From: Ministeria vibrans ATCC 50519 | Taxonomy: Eukaryota > Protista > Filasterea | Direction of reading: 5' to 3' | Assembly (NCBI GenBank): GCA_943704425.1 | Contig: CALSCP010001092.1 | Span: 1 to 53,659, forward strand | Length of the DNA: 53,659 nucleotides | In this document: in pieces, positions 1 to 13,100 of the stretch | Layout of the letters: the number at the start of each line of letters is the position of its first letter | Position numbering within the stretch: the first letter of the stretch is position 1 | The notes under the pieces: model-generated | Databases searched by the model: none | Seen by the model: only the letters and a program-made list of their open reading frames with translations | Told to the model about the DNA's origin: nothing | Made by a program: the position numbers and the translations under genes

Positions 1-100
<100 letters not shown>

Positions 101-129
101 AGTATTGCTATTGCGTTGTTGCACGAAAT

Positions 130-1070
130 TCAAGCTATTCTTACGTTGAGAAACACTTGTTGACCAAAGAGAGAAAACGATATGTCCAGAATCGAGTTTA
201 ACATTAAGATGATGGTGACGACAAGGAACACCAGGATGGTGCGGCGCATCGAGCGCCAAGTGCCTGTTTCTGACATAAGGGCGAATGCTGGCCGCAAAAT
301 TGACAAGAGCTCTTTCACATTGGTGAATCGGCTCTCCAGCATATCCCACACACGTCCAACAATCCTTGAAAAAGACACGCGTACGTTGATAAAAAATAAC
401 AATAATTATATAAAAATAATAACTTTCTTATGAGAGGACAATCAGCGCTTTCTCCGACGTTGTGTAGACTTTGCTTACCTCGAGAGGAACAGAACCAGAC
501 ACACATAAAAAGCGATGCAAGACATCAACAAAAGGCCCATGTGAAGACCAAGAAGAAGCCATTCGTTAGAGTCGAGAAAGACAATGGGGCAGAGGGCGGC
601 CTTAAGACTGAACAGAATTTGACCTGTGTGTGTGTGTGTGTGTTTTCAAAACGACGGAGAAAAGAGGAAAAAAAAAAAAAAAAAAAAAACCAAACGTCGT
701 TTTCAAAGAGAGCACTATTGAGGCAAATGACGGCGGCAAAGAACACATTCACGTGGTAGTGGTAACTGTTGCGGCGACAGCGTCGACTTACACTCAAGCA
801 AAAAAATCTCACAAGGGAATTTTTTTTTGACGAAATATTTTTTAGACACGTTGAGGCACTGACATTCCAAGCGAGCAGGATAGGAACACTTTGAACGGTG
901 CGTGTTGTTAATATGCGACGATGGGCGAAGATTCTCAGGCATGGGGGGGCGAAGGGATGGGCAAAACAGAAGAAAAACACAGTCAGCGAAACGAACCGGT
1001 CACGGACGCGTTCTCTTCTGATGCGAGAATGGTTGGGTTGCAACTCAGGCCCAAGATGAATGGATCACTA
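130..1070 (-). CDS. Possible multi-exon membrane protein (exon chain unresolved)
   Basis: Minus-strand open segments with hydrophobic stretches (WLLLGLHMGLLLMSCIAFMCVWF at ~480-560; ILVFLVVTIILMLNSIL in ORF 130..402) separated by poly-T/CA intron-like tracts. I could not build a phase-consistent model. Confidence 0.25.
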
Positions 1071-1191
1071 TCAGAGGACATGATACACCGAATAGACAAA
1101 AAAAAGGTTTTTTTATTCTGCCACTCATTGACGTGTGATTTTTTTAGAATGACATTGATTAAAATAATATTTTTTTTTCCACTTTTTATTC

Positions 1192-4100
1192 TCACTCTGT
1201 TGTACTGGCCAACCTGGCTCTTTTACTATTCACCACTTCCCTTAGCATCTCGGAGGCACTCGTTGGAGCATCCCAGTGCAATTGACGTTCGCAGCTCAGC
1301 CGGACGAGAGCCTGCTCGGCGACAGTGGAAGGAGCCTGCTCGGCGTCAGTGGAAGGAGCCTGCTCGGCGTCAGTGGAAGGAGCCTGCTCGGCGTCAGTGG
1401 AAGGAGCCTGCTCGGCGACAGTGGAATCACCCAGTCGCTGCACCACAGCCTCCAGATGCTGCACCGAGTCACTCTTTTCAACATATTCCAACACAAGGCG
1501 CGCCAAATCGGCAACACCCTTCAATTCCTCTACAAGTAAATAAACATGAGAAAAGAATAAAAAATTCCCCCATGACGAAAATCGTACCATCAAGTTTATC
1601 ACAGGTCCAGCGTTGCTCCTCATCACACGGCTGAAAGGCGGGCGCCATTGCCTTACGCTTCTCAATGAGCTTGGTGCGGAAGAAAGAGTTGTCCGCCACA
1701 CCATCCATTGGCGCCGGCATCATCAATAGCGGCAGACCAGCCGCAGAGATGGACCGTTCGAGGGCCGGCTGAAACAGCTTCAGGATGAACTCGTCGCCGG
1801 CGGCGTGTGGGAAGTCCATCAGGGCCGTCTGCACCAGTTTTAGTTGCCACTCTTCGCTCAAATGTGTCATGCACGTTGCAATCAGCGAGCTCACAACTGT
1901 AGAGGAATATTAATTAGAAAAAAAAAAAAAACATGAGGGAGAAAGAATAACAAGAATTAACAACACTTCTTACAGCGGTGAATGGTCTCCGTGGAGAAGG
2001 TCATAAGGGCTGGAATAAGAAGATCAAAGCTTCCCAGAGCGTTAAGTTCGCTAACGGTCGCACAGCCGGTAAAAAGACGGCGAAGGGTCTGCACAGTGGG
2101 CGCCCAGTCATTGGCCGATGCGCCGATCACTGTTTCTGAGCACGTGAGCACCAATGCTGCAGACCACGACAACCCAGAGTTTGTATCAAGATCTCGTTGA
2201 GACTGTTCTTTAAGCAATGCATAGCCTGCAAAGTTGTTGCTAAACAGCATGGGGAGCATGGTGTCGCGTCGACGCGCATCGCCACACATCACCAAACGCT
2301 CAGCGGTTGCCCATACGTCGCGAGCAAGGGTCTGGCTAAGATCTTGCAGAGGAGCATTGGCATTGCGTGCAAGGCGCAACGTCATAGGCGCATGGCTAGC
2401 TGCCCACACAAAAAACTCGTCGAGGGCCAAATTGCCATAGGGCGCGTACGCCTCAAGCTTAAACGTCTTATTGTTCTTGCGTAGGCTCACGAGAGCGGAT
2501 TGATCGAGCTTGAGAAGATCGCCATCAAAGAGACCAGCGGAGCGACGACACGCGCGCTTCACATTCTCGTCGGTCAGCAACACACCCTTGAAGCAGTAAA
2601 AGTGCCAGGCGGCCGTGAAGAAGAGGTCGTCGCGGTCGCGGAAGTTGGGCTGACTGTGGAAGCGCTTCATGACAGCGGCGCAAAAATCGGGCGAGTGGGT
2701 CGCGTCAAGCAGCATCACAAGGTTACGAGGCGTCACAAGTGACAGGGCACGCGGGTACTCTCTGACAAGCTGCTCAAAGGCGCTGTGATCCGTAACCGGA
2801 TCCTCCTTCCACTTGCTGCGGAGACCCTCGTCGTCGAGTGCTAGACCGTAGATGACCTTGAGACGCAGTGTGTGCAGGTCGCGTGCCGACACGGTGTCGC
2901 TCACCAACTGGTACGTGTGCACTCGGTCCAGATAGGCAAGACCTTCAATCTCGTGCCTTGATGGCTTGGTACCCGTCGGCATCATGTAGGGAAACTGGTG
3001 CGGTACCTCGATGTAAGAGAAGCGCGAGAAGCTCGCAAGGCACTCAGACACCTGCTCGTGCAGCAGCGTCTCGTCAATGACGTTGTCACGGTCTCCTTCA
3101 ATGTGGGCCGCGCCGAAGCGACACATGTACACCAGGTAAATGGCAATCTTTGAGGGCGGATTGAGGCGATGCATGAGGTCACCATTGGGCAGCAGTTCGT
3201 TGGAGGTCGACCAAAGCAACTCGTTGAAGGTCATGCTGCGTCCAGGGTTGTGCATGTCGTTGAGTGCCGCGTTGACCAACAGAAGTGAGGGAGGCAGCTG
3301 CGACACAGGCTGGTTTTGGGGACACAAACGACCCACATACGAGGCGGCGTATCTCTTGATGTCGCCCGCAAAGTTCTGTAGAATCTTGTGCACCACATGA
3401 TAGACGGCATCGACAAGGTCGCGAATGAACTCGTGACTTGTCGACTGGAACTTGCGGTGAATCTCGTGTACAAGCGCATTCTTGTTGGTCTCCAGGTCGA
3501 GCACACCACCGCTGCCAATGGTGCGAATGAGCTCATCAAGGAAGCGCCACGAGAGGGTGTTCTCACCCAGTAGCGATCGCAGAACCACCACGAGCACATG
3601 AAGGTAGACGTGCGCCGAGTCGCCCTGGTGCTCCCGCAGACGCTCCACAATGCTCTCAAGGTCGCCCTGGCACATCAACACAGCACACCTATCCTCATCG
3701 CCAACGACGTGTTCTTGGATGATGTCGAGCATCGTCTGGTCGTACCGATTGCCCACCATCAGCAGAAACATGCTCTGGTCGCGCACCAGCTTGCAGATGC
3801 GCACGAGCGCCGCACGATCGACATAGTGACACTCATCGAGAATGAGCACTTGGGGTAAAGCCCGCTCGTGATCCCTGGGCGGTCGCAGCAAATCCTGGGG
3901 AGCCATTTGGACAAGATCCTCCGAGCTGCCATCGAGAACTTGCGTGAAAAATCTTCTGTTGCGCTCAAAGTCTTGCACGGCCACCGACTTGCCCACACCG
4001 GGCGGGCCAATAAACAGACGAACTTTGACCTGGTGAACTTGAATCGTCAACAACCGGAGCGACTCTTCACGCCATGTATGCGTCACCAGGTACTTGGTCT

Positions 4101-7100
4101 CGACGGGACGCACGTCACACAGCTGTTGGACGGTCCAGCGTTCGAGGCCACTTGCCTGTTGCAACGGCGAGCTCGAGCCCTGGTGCATGCCAAAAGGTCT
4201 TACCGAGTGTACAATGAGTCGCTCGTTGAGTTCGGGCGCACGGAAGGGTGTCTGCAATCCCTCAAAGATGATCGTCACCCACGGCTGTCGCTTGGTTCGC
4301 TCGCAACACCACTTGAGACTCAGGTCGGGATTGCTCAGCTTTGCTTCCATCACATAGACAAAGCACACTCCTCGATCAATGGCATCCTGTAGCTTCTGAA
4401 AGAGCGCCGCCGGCGTCGAGATGTGCGCTCCATTGATAATTTCGTACTGCACACCGTGACGCTCAAGCGCCCCCAACACGTTGAGCACACGGTCGACAAG
4501 ATGCACGCCAAACCAGTGACCGGCACGCGTGCTGATGGCCTGCAGGTCGGGCGACAGACAACACGCGTCCACCAGTGCATCCTTGGCGCGCATCACACTC
4601 TCGCCACCACGGCGCCAATATGCTCCGAGTGCCTGTGCAAACGATGCAATGATGAGAGACTGCTCGGGCGTGCCCTCAAAGGCATTTGTAGTGAGACTCT
4701 CGCCCGTGTCACTCGCCAAAATGCGCATCGCGCACTCAAGCACCTGGTACTTGAGATGCTTGGGCAGCGGACTCAGAATCATTTTGATAAACACCTCCTC
4801 AATCTCCTGCTCGGCGTTGGCACTGTTGCTTGACTCCGACACGGATGCGGGCCCAACATTTTGCTGCGCCGCCTCATCTGCCGCTGCCGCTGCCGCTGCC
4901 GCCTCGGTGAACAAAAAGTTGTCATCTTCGTCTGGAATGATGTTAAACACGTTGGTGGGGCGACGCGCATTGGCGTTGGGTTCTTCATCCGCGACAATAG
5001 GGTCGTCATGGGCTGCCTCTTGGCCATCAACTAAGTCGTGCGCTCCCAATTGTACCTGCGGTGCAACATGGATCATGGCCTCGCCAAAAACACGAGCCAC
5101 GGCGCCCAAGAGAACGCCAATGGGCTGACCGTGTGTGGACGAGTAGCGCAACGACCATTTGCTTGGCTTCAACATCTCCCAGTGTAGACGCGGCAGCCGT
5201 CGTTGGTCAGAGCCGCTTATGGCGTTCAGCGACAAGGCACGCGTTACGGAGCGTTGGTCGTGCCAGTATTCGGCGACGGCGCGTGTATTGGCACGGAAGA
5301 AGTCGTTGTGTAGTTTGGCCATGCCTTTGGCAAACTCACCGGAGAGCAGCGGATGGTCCTGGTAGACGCCTCGGAGCAAGTCGAGGACAATGGGGCTGTT
5401 GACACGCGAGAGACACTCCTCAAGTTTGTTCCATCGGGCCGGACCGTGATGCTCGCGCAGTCGCTTTATCCTCCCGTAGTTGTTGTCACACGGGTCTTCC
5501 AGCCAATCGATAACAGCCTGGCGCAGGTTCGAGGTCAATGGGGCAGCACGCTCATCACAAGCAATCGTCACAAGCACACCGCATATGTTGTCGGTAAAGT
5601 GGTTGCGCGACAGATTCATGCCTTTAAGTAAGTGAGTGAGACAGCAATGGCTGCGGTCGTGCGTCTGATGCGTATTTTCTTCACAACAAATAGGTCCCAA
5701 GCCACCGTCGTTGAGAGCCGACGTACCCGCATCGTAGCCCGCAAAGAGTGTTGTGATCATGTCGCTGGACTTGTCAGAAAAGGTGTCGAGAGCCCAGTCG
5801 ACGGGGACACGTACCACGTGCACCTCCCACACCTTGCTTCCTTTGACAAGCACCACACCGTCGCACACAAGCACCAGCCCCTCGTGCGCCTTCTCGCAGA
5901 AGAATAGCCAGCACATTTCGGACGAGACAAAGTTGCGTAAAATCTTGCTGCTGTTCAAGTTGGGACGGGATGCCGCCGACAGTTTGTGGTACGCGACGAT
6001 CTGGTTGTTTCCATACGCGTCGGCCGAGTGCACCTTCTCGAGCACAACGTTGGCAAGCGGCTTCAGCTGAATGGTCGTGTAGAGATGCCAGGGGTCGACA
6101 CGGATCATGCTGCGTGCGTCCACCACCGAGATTGCGTCCATGGTGTTTGCCATAGCCATCTGTGTTGGCCATGTAAAAATGCCGCCGGCCGCGTTGTCCA
6201 AGCGCGCCGGCGCCTCTCCTGCGTTTCGCTGCCGCAAAGGCGACCAGGCAGGCACATTGCCATTTGCCAAGTGAGGTGGGTTGGCAGCGTTTCCAGCGGC
6301 AGCGCGGGCAGGTGGCACTGTGGGCGCCTGTGTCCTCATGTTCTCCACGCGCCTCTTTTTTGCCTCCTCATTGAGCTTCAAAATTTCCGCCTTTGTGAGT
6401 TTGGGCGTGACTGTAGGGTCGGACAGACACGGCACGATAAACTGATGGACATACGGATCGTAGAAGCCGTCGGACAAATCAATCGCGTGCGCCATGCTGC
6501 GAGCGGTTGCAAACGTCATGGAGCCACCGGACAGGTGTACGATACAGTCGTCAGAGAGGAGTGTGCCCGACAGCGCGTTCTTCCAAAACTCACTCACCTG
6601 CTCAGCGTTCAACTCTATCAGAGGAAACCGCGAGAGATTCAATTCAATGAAGACTTTGCGCAGCGACAAGTACGGCAACATGTCGTCCAACATCAACACT
6701 GACGCCATGACATGAAAGAGAGCCGCAGAGAGCGTTTCGCACCTCATGCGTGCCTCGTCGGCGAACAGTTGCTCATGCGTCACAGTCTTGCCGTACAACT
6801 CCGACGGGAAGCGTGAGTGCACCTCAGCCTTGAAAGCCTCAAGGAAGCTCCGGAGGAAATCAAGTCCTTGCGGGCTGCCGGGCAGCGTAGGGGTTTTGTC
6901 GGCATACAGAAGAAACACAAAGAGAGTGGTAAACTCCTTGATGTACGCTCGAGGTGCGTCCAGATTGTACATGTAGCCTGGCTGGGCGGCGCGCGGGTCG
7001 TTTTCATCCTGAGCTAACTTGGACATCCACTCCTGTACGACGTTGACTGTTCTGGGTGGCTCGCCGTCGAGACTCATGGTCACCTCGGCGGGCTTGCGCG

Positions 7101-10100
7101 CTTCATAACACTCAAGGAGCACGTCGACAATTCCCTTGCCAATGCTCGAGGCAATCTTCAGCGCCGCATGTTGGTACTCGTCCGTGGCGGGGTCAAGACA
7201 GTCGTTTGAAATCTCGTTGGCAATGTCGGGGCTGGGGCAGATGGCGCGCAGACGCGCGAGCGTGTACAGAATTTCGTCGACCGAACGATCGCCACCGAAT
7301 CGCAATGGTGAGTGCTGCACCAGATGATTCACCAGCTGTGTCGGCAATAGGCGTTCACCATCGAGTTGTAGCTGGTCCGAGACGTGCTCAAGCTGGTCTT
7401 CAATCTCGCTCTCTGGCACCTTGAGCCACCCAGCAAGCACGTCAATTGTAATTCCAAACGAGATAAACCACATCACAATGAGACCAAAGGTGACGCGACC
7501 CGTGCTCACACACGAACCGTTTGGATTGTCCGGCACTTGGCTCGGTGGATCATCCGGTAACGTCTCCACGACAACCACCGGCTTGTGAATGGCTTCCTGG
7601 GCAAAATCTTCGACACGGATGCCTTCGGGAGTCGGGTCGGGCATGTGCTCGGGCGGGAGAAAGGTTTCCAAGTGCTCGAGCACTCTCTCCGCAAGGGCAT
7701 TACACTGATCATCCTGACCCACAATTGCAGCGTCATTGGGCACCACGTAGACGGTGTACTTGTAAAAGGTACAACGTTGTTGTGCGTTGCGAAATGCGTA
7801 CTCAGGAATGAGGACACCGGGCAAAATACCGCCTGTCTTGCGCTGCACAATACACTTGGCTTCGGCAACATCGGGGTGCGCGCAGGCGTACTTGGTGGGT
7901 TCGTCAAGGGCAAAGTAGGAACCGCTAAAACGTGAGTGAGTGACCGCATACTGAAGGTCCGCATTGAGTGGATGGATAGACTTGTGGAGGTGCTTGAGCG
8001 CAATCAGATTGGTGCGAATGGTCTGACGGTCGACGCACGAGGTGACGCTAAAGGGCACCAAAAGGTCCTCAACCATGCCGCGAGGACGAAAGAGCGCCTC
8101 TTCGTCGGGCACGGGCCAGCCACTGATGTCGTCCTTGATTGTCTGGAGTGCATCGGCCGGGAAGATATTCCACACAAATGCAATCTCGCGGTCAAAGTCG
8201 TTGCGACTATACGTCTGGGGCTTGTGAATGCAAAAGAGCTTGCGATCCGTTTCACTGGAGAGCCCGATGCGCTCGCGCTGGTCGGGAGTGAGACGATAAC
8301 GGTCGGCAAGACTGAGCTTGAGCGCATGCGACAGAGTATGCTGTGCGCCAAGCAGGAGAGCAAGTGAGTTTGCTGTTGTCACCTGATGACGCACGCATGT
8401 GACAAAGTCGATCGAGGGCATGCTACGCAACATGAAGAGATTGCAAAGGTCCGACTCGGAGGGATCAAGCTCCCAAAGGGGTCGGCGACACCAAAGAATG
8501 AGCGCAAGTGTGCGGTGGGTACCCGTGCAAAGACGCTGGTCTCTTGGCAGGGCATCAAGAACTGCCTGAAATCCAGATGAGGGTGACAGAATGGAAGCGA
8601 GCTGGTCCGCCACAATGCTGATGCGTACACGGTCAACGCCTTTCGATGCGTCGGCATACTTGTTGAGCAATTCGATCCCGAGCAGTGACATGCGCTCCAC
8701 GGGCGCATACCCAGCGTTAGGCTCGAGAAAGCTACGGAACGAATGCTCGCGCAGGACGCACACGACGCGTCCAATAGTGGGCACCGCATACTTGTTCAGA
8801 TTGAGCGGAAGCAATGCCAGCACAGTCTTTCCAGCGGGGGTGCTCAGGAACTTGTTAGCAAATTCAAAGTCGAGCGGAGCACCAGGTTGCACAAGCGTGA
8901 ACATGTTCACCAGTCTCTGCGTCACGGCCTTGTTGCTTCCAGATGAGGAGACATGAGCAAGCCAGTACTCATGGGAGAGGGAAACCAGAGCACTGAGTGC
9001 GTGAATGTGGGCAAGTTTGCAACATTGTTGCAAGAGGCGCGCCAGGGCGTCAGCTGAAAGCGATGCAAAGCACGTCCAGAAGGAACCTGAAAAGAGGGTT
9101 TCACGCGGACTGGTGCTGCTAAGGGTGCGCGACTGGGTGAGCGCCTGAGCGAGTGTGCTGATGGCGTTGTCATCTGACGACGAAGCTATCTTGTCCAGGC
9201 GGGCACCGAGCTCGCTGGTGCTTGCAGACGGGCGCGAGAGCCAGGCAAGAAACCCAATAAAAGGGTGTGCAATGACGCGCTTGTCGAGGGCGGAGATGTT
9301 CGTACCGGATGACACGACGCACATGAGAAAGTCAACAAAGGCAGAGCCGAGCACGTCGGGTTTGGCCGAGGGGCCCGGCAGCAGCGAGAGCAGGTTGCTT
9401 CCCTGCGAGAAACGGTCGACAAAGTGCGGCTGTTTGAGCAGCATGTTGACTTTTTCGCCAGAGGAACCAGTGTGGTTGTCGAGGCCAACAACAACGCTGA
9501 GCACCGACTGCGCAATGACATCGAAGTCGCGCAGACGAATGTTGCGTTCAAGGAGCAACCGAAGGTCGACAGGAGTGAGGACAAGTGCGCAACGGAGGTG
9601 CTCCGGCAAGTGCGGGGCGATTTCGTTGGTTTCGATGCACAGACGCAGCAGAGCAAGGTGATCCTGCAGGTGGGAATCCACAAGATTTGCGTCTTTGATG
9701 AGCGGATGGTTGAGCTGCTCGGCGAGACGCAAAAAGTTGCTGTTGTGAATCTGTTCGGGCGAGAGATTGGCGAGTAATTCAAAGAGATGCGGCACGGGGA
9801 TGAGACTGATGAGTTTGAGGGGGTGCGCTGTGATGGCGAGCGCCTCGAGAAGCCGGTCAAGCGACACGGGAAACTCGGGTGCGCTGCTAATGAGACGCGC
9901 AGGCAGCTCACCGCCATTGACGAGCTCCTGCATGATGAATTCGTCGACGGTGAAGGTGGAGTCGAACGAAGGCTCGAGGTAATACGGACCATTGCCAGCG
10001 TTGAGGCCTACACCGGCACCGTTGCCCTCGCCCATCTCAAGAATGGTGAGCAGACAGGGGCTCAGACGGTTACCTTCGGGTAAGCGCGGGAGCAGCGACG

Positions 10101-13100
10101 TTTCCAGAGGAGCAGTACTCGTCAAGTTCCACACGTAGGTAAGGTAGTCGGCGGCGCGTGAGGACTGATTGGAAAACTGCGCGGCGGGGTACACGGCCCA
10201 GAAGTCACGGAAGGTCAGGAGGGGCACGGCGGCGCTGGCGCCCATTGCGACAATTGCCGCAACCAAGTTAACTTGGGAGAGTATGGAGGGGTCGTTTACG
10301 TTGTCAATATTCTGCGCCTGGACGGCCCTGATAAAAGCCTCGACGGAGATGCTGGAGCACTCACTGGCGCCATACTCAAATAAGTGATTGGCCAGTGTCT
10401 GGGGGTTGGCCTGAAGAAGCGCCACGAGAATGGGGTCCTCGGCGAGCACATCGTAGGTGGCGACACCCACAAGACAGAGAGCGGAGACAAGGGTGATGGG
10501 AGCATGAAGAGCTGCTATGAGGCTGGTACGGTCGGGATTTCGAGAGAGTAGCTCTTCCACCTCGTTCGAGTGATGACGGCCTGCAAAGGGCAGGCTGAGG
10601 AGGTAATCGGCAAGCCAGGCGGTGGCAGCCGGGGCGTCGACGGAGGCGTGAATGATCTCGTCGTTACCGTTGAGTTTGACGTCGGTGGGGTAGACGCGTT
10701 GCTGTACTAGAACGAGTCGAATGCCGTTGCGTGCGCAAATATCAACAAGCTGCGCCTTCTCGTAGCTGACAAACGAGTCGCTGTGGAGCACGGTGACGCA
10801 CTTGTCATCACTCGTGAGAGCCGAGTCAATGATGCCACGCACTGCGGCATTGGCAACAATGAGTTGGAGCTGGCGGCGATTCAAGGCGGAGCTAAAGTCG
10901 AAGACGGCGCTGCGGAAGCCGCTGGCAGCCAGCATGTGGCTTACAACAGCCACATTCTGCGTGCAGACAATGGCAAGGGCCCCACGACCGACACGGTTGT
11001 TGCTGCGATCCAACGCCTCGCGGATGGTGGCAATCCATTTGGTCTGACGCTTCTGAGCGTGCGTCTCAAGCATTGTCTGGCTCTTCCTGAGTTCTTGGAA
11101 GGCACGATTCGGAGTGAAATTGGCACTCATCCAAATGATATTGGCGAATGCGGTGAACCCGGCGGCGGCGGACACCACCTCGCTGGCAGCGGCAATGGCG
11201 GGGATATTAGGGTCGCGCATGATGAGGTCGGCAACACCACGGGCGTTGCGAATGAGGCGACTCACGGCCGGATTGTTGACAGTAATGAGACGGAGGTTGG
11301 GCGCGCTGCGAATGGTCTCGATGAGGGCGTCAAACTGTGTGTTGGACAAGTCGGCTTCGATGTACACAAAGAAGACAAAGAGGGCGACATCTTGAGCACG
11401 CTGGCGCATGTGTGCTAGGAGAGCGTCAAAGTTTTGGGCGGTGACGGTGCACTTGGCCGTGCCAAGCGAGAGGGGCTCCTCCACAGAGTCAATGGTATTC
11501 ATAATGAACGAGAGGTTGTTGTCGGCGGGATCGGCAAGGAGAATGGCACTCTGAGGGGTCCCGTCGTTGCCACTGTGAACCAACAAATTACGCAGGGTTG
11601 TCGTGTCACCAATCGCTCGATCGAGTTGCTCTCTAAGTTGCCCGAGAAACTCGGTGAGTAAGGGTCTCATGGGACGAAGCTTCATGAGAGGAACGCTGAC
11701 GTGCGTGGCGAGCTCACGAAAAAGACCGGTGTGGGCAATATCAAGGGCTCTACCAGCGGCATTTCTTGCGTGTTGCAGCACAAAGTCGGCTGCGTTTACA
11801 AGCGTGTCGGCGGACTCTTGGAGATGATGGAGAGTCAGGAGGCCCTCACGGATGCTGTCACACGTGTTCGCCACAGCCGGGTCAATACCCTGCCTGGGGC
11901 CTTTGAGGTAAAGAAGGCCAAGGCGCATGAAGGGCCGGCGAGAGTCGCCAGGGGAGTCAGGCATGTAGCAGATTTTGCGGGCACCCGGTAGGAGAGTGAG
12001 GGGCGAATCGCGGAGGGCGATGGGGTTGTCGGGCCTCGCCTGGTCGATAAAGCAACTCTCGTGAAAGATGTCGTAGCGCACGGGGATGTTGCGGTCGCCG
12101 AGGAGTTGGTCGTGGGCAATGCTGACGTCCAAGAGGATTGTTTTGATGTCGGCCTTGAGAAAGAGCATGGCAATGTCGTGTTGGCCGTTGAGGACGCGCT
12201 GAAGAATGAGCGCACCCGCGCCATTGAGGTCGGGCACAACGGAGCAGGGGACGTCGGCAAAGATGCCCACTTCGACGATGATGTCGTTGGTGCCAGGGAT
12301 GGGCCTTCGGTGCACGGCAATAAGGGTGGGATCGATGACACGGACGACCGAAGTAGATGGGGTTGGTGTAAGGGCGCGTGCGACGAACAGTTCGAGGACA
12401 ACTTTGGGTGTGATCTCCAGCGAATTGGGGAGATTGGCGTCCTTGCGAATCTCACGCACCTCGGCCGCTGCTTTGATTGCCGCTTTGACCCGGGCAGTAA
12501 TCTGGGGTACTCTTCCTTCAATCCTTTTGATGCGTTCAGCCTCGTCGGGCGAAACAAAGGAATACTTGACGAATTCAGCGTAGCGGGTGAGGAAGGCGGT
12601 CTGTTGAGTGCTGGTGATCGTTGCGTCAATATCCGTGACGGGAGGCAGATCGTGGACAAGGTTGTTGGTGCGCAGTGCAAGATGCACCTGATCAATGATG
12701 TTGCGCAAGACGACACGCTTTTTGTCGGCGCGCATGGTCATGGAGAAGCCGAGTGTAAGCGAGACACGGTCGAAGAGCAGCCGAGACATGTGATTGACAA
12801 TGTCGGCGCCAAGGAACTCGTCGGAGCCGCACTCTTCGATGACACGCTGGCACAAGTCAACACCCATGAGAAGTTGTAGTGTGGTGAGCATGATATTCCT
12901 CATAATGGGTGCCTGGCCAAACATTTGAGGTCGCAGACGGCGCATCAGAGTCGCGACAAAAGCCACTGCGTTTGGTGAGCGGTCCAGGCCGAGGGCGCAC
13001 TTGACGTCGTCAGGCAGTAGGTTTTGGATCGTCTCACACGATTGTTCATCAAGCGAGTCGTCTGGTGAGCAGCTCACAATTGTGTTGAAAAGTGTCGCGT

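Noticed and set aside
1308-1426. 24-bp repeats as a CRISPR array; plus-strand (EPARRQWK)n ORF 921..1634
   Set aside because: No unique spacers and no cas genes in a eukaryotic context; the minus-strand frame fits the splice model of gene A.
5630-5700. Cys/His cluster CCEENTHQTHDRSHCCLTH as a zinc finger
   Set aside because: Not conserved in paralog B and matches no spacing I recognise.
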